A stretch of 64,000 nucleotides of DNA from a virus (Duplodnaviria > Caudoviricetes). The position numbers and the translations under genes were made by a program. The DNA lies in the IMG/VR virus record IMGVR_UViG_3300031414_000007, positions 64,001 to 128,000 of that record. One strand, 5' to 3'. The notes under the pieces were generated by a model. That model was given only the letters and a program-made list of their open reading frames with translations, had not been told where the DNA came from and ran no database searches. Shown here in pieces: positions 56,966 through 64,000 of this stretch; within the stretch, counting starts at the first letter, position 1; every line of letters starts with the position of its first letter.

Positions 56966-57889
56966 TTATACTAAAATGTTGCCGCTATCCCACCACTGCT
57001 TGCCGTAAATATCAGACAGGCGATAGTCAAGAATAAGTGGCAGGTCAAGGTCGACTTGCGTTATGGTTCGCATCAATGAAGGACTCCAAACTGTTTTCTC
57101 CTCAGTGTAGAGTCTAATCTCCAGTTCAATGTCGCCTTGTGAGTTCTTCGGTACGAACGGACTGGAGAAGTCTCCATCAAAGCCCGCACCAAGAGAGTCG
57201 TCAAAGTAAGTGTACGCACGAATTTCTTCCGCAGTATTAATCACGGTCGGCGCATACGTCTGACGGTTATAGTAGGACGTGTAATCCGCAACGGTTGATT
57301 GAAGAGGTACACGTCGCTTGTAGATACGTGTTACACCTTTGCTGTCTGTCTCTGCGCGGTACTGATTGTAGTACCAGTTTATCTGCGCAAACTTAACAGG
57401 CTCCAAAGTCTCCTGACCAGCAGCATACTTCATGAACGGCTTCGCAGTGAAACGGTGGTATGTCTTCTGCGTGTTCAATCGGTAAAGCAGAATCTGGTAC
57501 GTGTACCACTGATAAACATCAAGGGTAATCGTTCCTGAGTCAGACTGTTGCGTACCGTTAGTCAGGATGTAGGAGAAGCAGTCAGCACCAACGTAACCAC
57601 TTCTCGGACTGTAGATAAACGCTTCGTTGAAAGTGTTTAGCCGCACAGTGCCTACCATAGGGTCATTGACCTTAATAGCAGAAAGGCGCCAACCTCTTTG
57701 AGCTGGCACCTTATCAAGCACACCCTCAGTCGGGCTATGCAGTGTCACCTCATCACGAGCGCCCTGTAAGATCTTTTCGAGTGTTATCTCAGTTTCACCT
57801 GAGTTACGCACCCGCACTGTCAGGTTCGGAGCCAGTGGCTTATAGTTACGCCAGTAGTCGAACGTACAAGGCAAAGAGAGCATAATCAC
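56966..57889 (-). CDS. Virion protein with cadherin-like/bacterial Ig domain (307 aa)
   Basis: GTVRL...FIYSPRSGYVGADCFSYILTNG matches the Big_9/cadherin-like pattern. Confidence 0.6.
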   Translation of the reverse strand: MIMLSLPCTFDYWRNYKPLAPNLTVRVRNSGETEITLEKILQGARDEVTLHSPTEGVLDKVPAQRGWRLSAIKVNDPMVGTVRLNTFNEAFIYSPRSGYVGADCFSYILTNGTQQSDSGTITLDVYQWYTYQILLYRLNTQKTYHRFTAKPFMKYAAGQETLEPVKFAQINWYYNQYRAETDSKGVTRIYKRRVPLQSTVADYTSYYNRQTYAPTVINTAEEIRAYTYFDDSLGAGFDGDFSSPFVPKNSQGDIELEIRLYTEEKTVWSPSLMRTITQVDLDLPLILDYRLSDIYGKQWWDSGNILV

Positions 57890-59844
57890 TCCAGTTTGTA
57901 TTTGCTCTTGAACTCCGCAATGCTCATAACAGGAATGCCCTTGTCAATCGCTTTCTGTAGCTTCGCGGAACCAGAGCCAGGGTCTTTAGCGATCAGTATC
58001 GTCGTATCAGCTTTCATGCTGTCAGACGCCGTACCGCCAAGTTGGACAATACGCTGCATCAATTCTTTATCGCGGATGCCGGTGAATGCTACGTTAATCC
58101 CTTTCAGTTTGGCGCTAACCACCTTCACCTTCTTCGGAGCAACGAGAGTCACTTCCATCTCAACAGCCATCAGATAAGACTTAATGGCCGCATCTGCGAT
58201 CTGTGGCGCCAGCTTATCAACACCGTGCATACTGCTAATCTTTGTTGCTAGGTCAGCAGTATTACCTTTCTTCAAATAAGATTCGAGGTTAGGCACAGCA
58301 TCAACAACCTTATCAAACGTTGTGTTAGCGCCGCGCATGAAGTATGAAGCGGTAGCTTTAAGCCACGTATTCATCGGCACGCCAGCTTTCAACGCTTTCA
58401 GGTCTTTGGCAAGTTGACGACCACGAGAGTCACCAACGATCTCACGCAGCGTTGCCATAGGAGTCATGAACAATTGCTGAGGAGTTTTAACGCCAGAAGC
58501 AACAAGCAGCTTACACGTACTCGGTCCAGTGTTCGCAACGTCAAGCCCTTTCAAGAACGAGCCAAGCATACGAGAGTCAGCAGCACTGGTCTTCGTCTTA
58601 GCAACGAACTCAACGCCATTGATCTTGTACTGTACGTCAGGCAGCTTAGGCTTCTTAGCAGGCTTGAGAATCTCCATGATGTATGGGATTACCTTGCCGC
58701 TTCGAATCAACTTAACCTTAGCACCTGGGCCAAGAGGACGCTTAGGTCCCATGACAGCACCTTTCTTCTTCGGCTTGAGATAGCCGTGCTCAACGTAGAA
58801 ACCGTTGTGCGCAGAAGCACGTTCAACCGTAACACCGCCAGGCATAACAGTAGGCGGGAAGATTGCAACAGGAGCCAGCACACCGTACTTGGACTCTTGA
58901 TAGATTACGTCTTTGACAGTCACGTTAACAGTGTCTGACTCAACGTTCATCTTGAACTTGAAAGCGTGTTTAGGATTGCTCGCAGTAGCTTTCGGCGTAG
59001 GAACATCACGGGTCATTACGATGCCGTCGAGTTCATACTTCGCCTTAGCGATGCGTTTATCCAGCCACGGAATGAGTTCTTCTTCCGACTCAAAACGCAT
59101 AGGGCCGAAGTGGCGAACTACTTCGAATCCCCATTTCTCCAGCAGCTTGAACTGCGAAGACTGTTTGAGCGTAGCACCTTTACCGCCGATGATACCGAAG
59201 CACACCATGTGGACGTACTTGAACTCTTTGGCTGTTTCGAAGTTACGAACAAGACCCGATGCAGCGTTACGTGCGGCTTTGAAGCGACCACCAGCAGACT
59301 CATGCAGCTTTGCCATAAAGGTCTTGTATGGGATTAACGCTTCACAGCGTAACACCACTTGGCCCTTCTCAGAGATTTTCTGAGGAATACGCATTGCAGG
59401 CAGATGCTGCGACACGTCTTTGCCGTGAGTTGCATCACCACGAGTAAGCGCACGAACAGGTACGCCACCTTCGTAGACGATTTCAATACTCAGGCCGTCG
59501 AGCTTGTCAGTCAGAATCCAGTCCACGTCTTCGGCGAGAGCTTTTGTTAATTGCTTACCACCAAGTGTGAACTGGTCAAGACTTGCCATTGGCACAGGCA
59601 GCTTAACGTCAGAGTCATCACGCGCACCGACTTTACGCGCCAGCTTAGACTTAGGCCAGCGCTTGTCTATGTATGTACGGATGTAATCGTACACCGCGTC
59701 CGATATCAGACCTTCCGAATCAGTGTGGAACGCATCATCAAGATGCGCCACAAGTTTCGTTGCCTGCGTCAAATTGAGCGTGTCGAGAATCTTATCAGGA
59801 TTCTTTTCGAGCCGCTTCAAAGAGATTTGCATGTTATTCTCCAT
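57886..59844 (-). CDS. ligA: NAD-dependent DNA ligase
   Basis: ISDAVYD, KLDGLS adenylation motif, TRGDATHGKDVS, RNAASG, YELDGIV, AFKFK, OB-fold SGKVIPYI, C-terminal BRCT (FTG.RD...GG...K..KA...GIPV). Confidence 0.95.
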   Translation of the reverse strand: MENNMQISLKRLEKNPDKILDTLNLTQATKLVAHLDDAFHTDSEGLISDAVYDYIRTYIDKRWPKSKLARKVGARDDSDVKLPVPMASLDQFTLGGKQLTKALAEDVDWILTDKLDGLSIEIVYEGGVPVRALTRGDATHGKDVSQHLPAMRIPQKISEKGQVVLRCEALIPYKTFMAKLHESAGGRFKAARNAASGLVRNFETAKEFKYVHMVCFGIIGGKGATLKQSSQFKLLEKWGFEVVRHFGPMRFESEEELIPWLDKRIAKAKYELDGIVMTRDVPTPKATASNPKHAFKFKMNVESDTVNVTVKDVIYQESKYGVLAPVAIFPPTVMPGGVTVERASAHNGFYVEHGYLKPKKKGAVMGPKRPLGPGAKVKLIRSGKVIPYIMEILKPAKKPKLPDVQYKINGVEFVAKTKTSAADSRMLGSFLKGLDVANTGPSTCKLLVASGVKTPQQLFMTPMATLREIVGDSRGRQLAKDLKALKAGVPMNTWLKATASYFMRGANTTFDKVVDAVPNLESYLKKGNTADLATKISSMHGVDKLAPQIADAAIKSYLMAVEMEVTLVAPKKVKVVSAKLKGINVAFTGIRDKELMQRIVQLGGTASDSMKADTTILIAKDPGSGSAKLQKAIDKGIPVMSIAEFKSKYKLE

Positions 59845-59870
59845 TCGTCAGTAACACTGGTATTTACAGT

Positions 59871-61760
59871 CTAGCTGGCGATTGGGTCTTTGTTGACGGG
59901 ATAATCTTCGGCCATGTCGAGCACACGATTGAACAGCTTAGGCGCCATATCCTTCACATGTTCTGCATAGTCAAAGAGGTTCTGTTTACGTGCACGGTTA
60001 ACACGTACCTGACGCACTTCATCAGGACTGTTGGTAATATCGTACAGCGTATAGATAACGATGTTGTCGGACTTGGAGTGAGTGCTAACACGCAGCACAA
60101 CCCAATCACGTTTCAACTTAGCGTCAGCGCGGAACTGGAGCACGTCGCCTTCTTCTGCCTCTTCTGCGCGAGCGCTTGGAGTAGATTTGTTGGCAGCAGC
60201 GATTTTCTTCGCTGTCTCTTTCGATTCCTGCTCGGCGGCAGCAACATCAGAGTCCGTGTCTTCGTCAGCGGAAGTTTCGTCTACTGCATCAGATGCGTCT
60301 GCATCATCCTCGGCATCGGAGGTATCTTCGTCGCTGTCGTCACCTTCTGCGTCATCTTCACCTTCTGAATCAGCTCCTCCGTCGTCGGCATCGTCATCAT
60401 CCACGGATTCGTCGTCGGAGTCATCTCCCTCATCAGAATCGTCTGTATCGCTATCGTCAGAGTCTTCTTCCACATCGGTGTCTTCCTCTTCTTCGCCGCC
60501 ATCTTCGGAAGTGTCTTCATCTTCTGAAGGTTCTTCTTCCTCATCCTCTTCTTCGGCCGGAGCAGGCGCAGCTTTCTTGCCTTTAGCACGAACCTTAGGC
60601 GGAGGTGTATCTTCCTCATCTTCTTCCGGTTCGTCAATATCAGACAGGTCGAGAGAAGGTTCTTCGTGGTCTTCTGAGTCATCACCACCAAACAGTGAGC
60701 CTACAGAATCTTCGATGTTGAACGCATCGCCAGCGAATGGACTGCGAGACAGAATATCTTCCAGCTTCTGCTCGTCAAGATCAAGATCGATACCTACTTC
60801 TTCGATCTCGTCATCCAGAATTTCTTCTTCAACCACACGAATACGCTTACCGCGACGGTCGATACCATCTTCGTAGACAGTACGCACTTCGGCTTTAGGT
60901 GCTTCGATCTCACCTGACTTAACCTTGTTACGCAGGTCACGCATTTCAGCAGAACGCTCTAAGGCTTTCTTACGCGCTTCTTTCTGGAGTTCTTTGCGTT
61001 GTTGCTTCTGCTCCAGAACTTTTGCGTTGTTGGCCAAGCGTGTTGCTTCTTCCTGCTCTTCCTGAGAACGACGACGAGCACGACGCACAACACGACGATA
61101 AGCCTTAATCGTATCTACGTCAACAGTGCCTTTCGGCCAGTCATTCATAGGAAGAATATTGGTGTCATGAATCAACAGGTCGTATTGCGCGTCGTCAACT
61201 TTCAGGAACATGCCCTCAGAGTTAATGACGATGCCGCCTTTACCCTGACGCAAGAAACGAACACCAATCATATCGTTCTTGTACAGCTTGGTGATACCCT
61301 TAGAAGTCTTCACAGGGTATTCAGGACTTGCGACCATGCGCCACTGGTAGTTGTCAAAGTCGATGCCGTAAACAGCTTCTGACTTGACCTTACGCGGGCT
61401 GAAACGTGCGGCATCAAACTGAGAGCGCATCAACTGACGCTGTAGCGTCTGTGCACCAGCAGTCTTGGTGCGCTTGCCATCACGATTAACAACGTCTGGC
61501 ACTTTACGCAGTTTAGATGCGCGTTCCATCAGGAACAGGCCAGTTGCTTTATCGAGCGGGAAGTCAACGTGCGGCATATCTGGGAAAATGAGAGTGTAGC
61601 GTCCGCCATTTCTCAGCGGAAGGATGCCGAATATATCGCCTTCACGAATCATGCGCTTATGCGTTCGTTGTGCGACTTCTTTTCCACGAGGACCTGTATA
61701 CTTCATCCACGCGTACTTCGACACGGCATCCTGATAAGATGCAGATACGGAAAGTACCAT
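59871..61760 (-). CDS. Hypothetical protein with two shared N-terminal domains, coiled coil and acidic tract (629 aa)
   Basis: Probable start MVLSVSA at 61760; long Asp/Glu region; probable internal head protein. Confidence 0.7.
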   Translation of the reverse strand: MVLSVSASYQDAVSKYAWMKYTGPRGKEVAQRTHKRMIREGDIFGILPLRNGGRYTLIFPDMPHVDFPLDKATGLFLMERASKLRKVPDVVNRDGKRTKTAGAQTLQRQLMRSQFDAARFSPRKVKSEAVYGIDFDNYQWRMVASPEYPVKTSKGITKLYKNDMIGVRFLRQGKGGIVINSEGMFLKVDDAQYDLLIHDTNILPMNDWPKGTVDVDTIKAYRRVVRRARRRSQEEQEEATRLANNAKVLEQKQQRKELQKEARKKALERSAEMRDLRNKVKSGEIEAPKAEVRTVYEDGIDRRGKRIRVVEEEILDDEIEEVGIDLDLDEQKLEDILSRSPFAGDAFNIEDSVGSLFGGDDSEDHEEPSLDLSDIDEPEEDEEDTPPPKVRAKGKKAAPAPAEEEDEEEEPSEDEDTSEDGGEEEEDTDVEEDSDDSDTDDSDEGDDSDDESVDDDDADDGGADSEGEDDAEGDDSDEDTSDAEDDADASDAVDETSADEDTDSDVAAAEQESKETAKKIAAANKSTPSARAEEAEEGDVLQFRADAKLKRDWVVLRVSTHSKSDNIVIYTLYDITNSPDEVRQVRVNRARKQNLFDYAEHVKDMAPKLFNRVLDMAEDYPVNKDPIAS

Positions 61761-61793
61761 GTTATTGTCTCTATGTTGTACAAACACACGATG

Positions 61794-61802
61794 AAATTAG
61801 CT
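61794..61802 (-). promoter_or_regulatory. Candidate late promoter motif AGCTAATTT
   Basis: Just after the terminator; 34 nt upstream of ATG 61760. Confidence 0.65.
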
Positions 61803-61812
61803 TGCGCAAGGT

Positions 61813-61835
61813 AAAGCGGGGATTAACCCCCGCTT
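61813..61835 (-). terminator. Rho-independent terminator
   Basis: Minus strand AAGCGGGGG-TTAAT-CCCCGCTT followed by T; the upstream stop codon lies in the loop. Confidence 0.65.
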
Positions 61836-63994
61836 AAATATCCTCTCGCGGCACAGGACATAGAACCACAAGATTCTTCGCACACGGTAATCTGCGCCCA
61901 AGTCCAGTAACCATTAGGCTGCTGGATAGCATATACCACAGAAGGATCGAAGCCCCAGACCTGAGTAGCGTTTTGTAGCGCCTCAAGTTCCGTAGCAAAA
62001 TAGCCCTCTTCAAGAGGCTTATCAATCGAACCGTGGTTAGGCTCTACAGTCCACGCCTCAACTACAGGCGCAAGAACTGCATAGACTTTACTGTTAGCCT
62101 TACGCGTCTTCTGAATCTCAACACGAATAGGCTTAGGCGTAACAGGATTACCTGCCTGACGAGCAACAGCGATGACCTTGCTTGAGTTGATCTGACGTCC
62201 CTTCATCTGATCAGTCTTGGCGGACTGACTTGTACCGATGTTCTGACCTTCGATCAGGTGACGATACACGATAGGGTTGTCATACGCAGCAGGACCATAC
62301 GCCTCTACTTGTCCAGCAATCAGCTTCGTCTGATACCAATCGCCTTTTGCCGTATCTACCTTGTACCACACAGGATGCTCAGAACGCTCAGGCGTCGAAG
62401 GGTCCAGATGATAGATTGGTGAGATAGGTGCGCGACGCACAAACGGAATCTCAGGCAAGAACAGAACAATCGGATGGTAGATAGGGTCAACATACGCAGC
62501 AATCATTGCGTCTACTTTGTATGTCGGTGACTCTGCTATCCATTGAGGTCTTGCCCACCCAACATGATATACCGCAGCTGGTGGAACATAACGCGCTTCG
62601 GTCATCTCTTGTGAATACACACCACCAACAGATGCTTGGCGTGGCACAAGTGGGTCAACATGATTTAGGCCCAGATCCGTAACGTATCTCGGCACAAGAC
62701 CATCAGCAGGATAAACACCCTTAGGCTGCGTGTACTTCGGCAATATCTGATCAGACTTAGCCTTGATGCCAGAGCGGTACTGAGGCTTACGCACTTCGAA
62801 ATACTGAGGTGCTTCATCCAGATGCTCAATGAAGTTGTTGATGAACGTGTCACTAACAACGTAAAGAGCCTCAGTGAAGTCAGGCCAGAACGTATCTGAG
62901 ACGACAGCAGGACCTTCGATTGCCTCGAACAGTGGGAATGAGTCTGGTGTATCAACAGTGCCTTGCGTCAGTTCAAACAGAGGGAAGGTGTCTGAGGTAA
63001 CGCTCTCGGTCTTATCGACAAACGCAGGAAGAGGTGTCGTTGTAATAACGTCCTTCTGGCCTTGCGTAAGCTCGAACAGGTCGAACTTGTCGAGTACAAT
63101 GTCCGAGCGAGCAATAAGATCAACCATGCGGAAGTTATCCACAAAGTATTTATGCCCAGTGATGAACTCAGGACCCGCAACTGTCTGACCGATGATAGCA
63201 GAATCACTCTCAATCGTACGGCCAGTAGAATCCCCAACGTGCGTCTGCGCGTCTTCGAACTCAAGCCATTGTAGCTGTCTGTCAAGCTCAGGGTCATACA
63301 CAGGCGTGACAACAACCACAGCGCTGCCTTGCGCTTCATACGATCTGGTGGCGAACGCATCGAATGCCTGTGCTACACCATCGACGTATGAGGCATCGAA
63401 CTCTTGAACGGAGTGTTCAGCGTAAGCAGTGTACGACGGATCAACCGTCATATCATACAGCCAGCCGAACGGTGCATTACCAAACATTAACGTGTGCGGT
63501 TGATCGTGTGACGGCAGCCCGTATATCTTGAGCATTGTGTCGGCACACTCGAACGGACCGATATGCAGGCCCTGCTCTTTGTACACACCACGCGAATCAA
63601 GTTCCTGTTCGACACGCACACCATCAACGTCAAGCAACATACCTGCAGGAACGGTGATGTACGTCCAGAAGTTATCTGGGATGTTATCGACAAACAGGTC
63701 ACCACTATCGCCCATGACATAACGCTCTGCGCGTTTAGTAGGAGCTGGCGTACCAAGCCACTGAGCATCAGCCCACACGTACCATTCATAGCTATACTGG
63801 TCAGAATGGAATTTAATCGTGTACTGCTTATTCTCTGTGGGCGTGAACTTGATGTTGGTAGTGCCGTTCACAGGCAGGGTAACCGACTGGCCACCTTGAG
63901 CGAACTCTGCATCAGTCGTGTCGATAGTCAACGTCAGAGGGATTGTGCCAGTGTTCTTGAACACATCCGACTGAACTTGCTTACCGACAGGCAT
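61823..63994 (-). CDS. Virion structural protein with internal repeats (723 aa or longer; may extend past the window)
   Basis: Repeats DxFxLFELTQG and D(G/P)LVPR; Cys-rich C-terminus CEESCGSMSC; the frame has no upstream stop before the window edge. Confidence 0.65.
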   Translation of the reverse strand: MPVGKQVQSDVFKNTGTIPLTLTIDTTDAEFAQGGQSVTLPVNGTTNIKFTPTENKQYTIKFHSDQYSYEWYVWADAQWLGTPAPTKRAERYVMGDSGDLFVDNIPDNFWTYITVPAGMLLDVDGVRVEQELDSRGVYKEQGLHIGPFECADTMLKIYGLPSHDQPHTLMFGNAPFGWLYDMTVDPSYTAYAEHSVQEFDASYVDGVAQAFDAFATRSYEAQGSAVVVVTPVYDPELDRQLQWLEFEDAQTHVGDSTGRTIESDSAIIGQTVAGPEFITGHKYFVDNFRMVDLIARSDIVLDKFDLFELTQGQKDVITTTPLPAFVDKTESVTSDTFPLFELTQGTVDTPDSFPLFEAIEGPAVVSDTFWPDFTEALYVVSDTFINNFIEHLDEAPQYFEVRKPQYRSGIKAKSDQILPKYTQPKGVYPADGLVPRYVTDLGLNHVDPLVPRQASVGGVYSQEMTEARYVPPAAVYHVGWARPQWIAESPTYKVDAMIAAYVDPIYHPIVLFLPEIPFVRRAPISPIYHLDPSTPERSEHPVWYKVDTAKGDWYQTKLIAGQVEAYGPAAYDNPIVYRHLIEGQNIGTSQSAKTDQMKGRQINSSKVIAVARQAGNPVTPKPIRVEIQKTRKANSKVYAVLAPVVEAWTVEPNHGSIDKPLEEGYFATELEALQNATQVWGFDPSVVYAIQQPNGYWTWAQITVCEESCGSMSCAARGYLSGG

Positions 63995-64000
63995 ATATGC

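Noticed and set aside
51360-60800. TCA/TCG/TCT-rich low-complexity tracts at ~51360-51780 and ~60200-60800
   Set aside because: They are in-frame Asp/Glu codons; the Ser-rich plus-strand ORFs over them are antisense artefacts.

Overview
This is 64 kb of a jumbo myovirus genome covering the virion-morphogenesis region. It is densely coding and every credible gene is on the minus strand. In the direction of transcription (high to low coordinates) it contains: a repeat-rich virion protein, an acidic protein, NAD-dependent DNA ligase and a GT2-TPR glycosyltransferase; the head module (prohead protease, HExxH peptidase, Cys-rich acidic scaffold-like protein, decoration-like protein, major capsid protein); the tail module (sheath, two tube paralogs, two hub chaperones, tape-measure-like protein with a muramidase domain, hub, spike); a small enzyme operon (NUDIX, MmcB-like nuclease, thymidylate kinase); PAAR and baseplate wedge genes; and about 21 kb of fibre genes (collagen repeats, an intein-like Hint domain, an ILEI domain, repeated small modules). 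From memory, this content resembles the 'hairy' jumbo myoviruses of plant-associated Enterobacterales (Erwinia Y3/Alexandra-like, Dickeya JA11/AD1-like); no search was run. The strongest unexplained signal is a 1.25 kb ORF-free interval (about 28510-29770). It is packed with helices whose G-U pairs fit the minus strand, carries cUUCGg tetraloops and ends in a terminator, which makes it a candidate large structured non-coding RNA. Other notable signals are a recurring intergenic motif GCTAATTT (candidate late promoter), a recurring S-x-S motif in head-associated proteins (candidate protease/capsid-targeting tag) and a domain shared by four otherwise unrelated proteins. All product calls are from manual motif recognition. 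Several start codons were moved from the ORF track to the ATG with a Shine-Dalgarno sequence.
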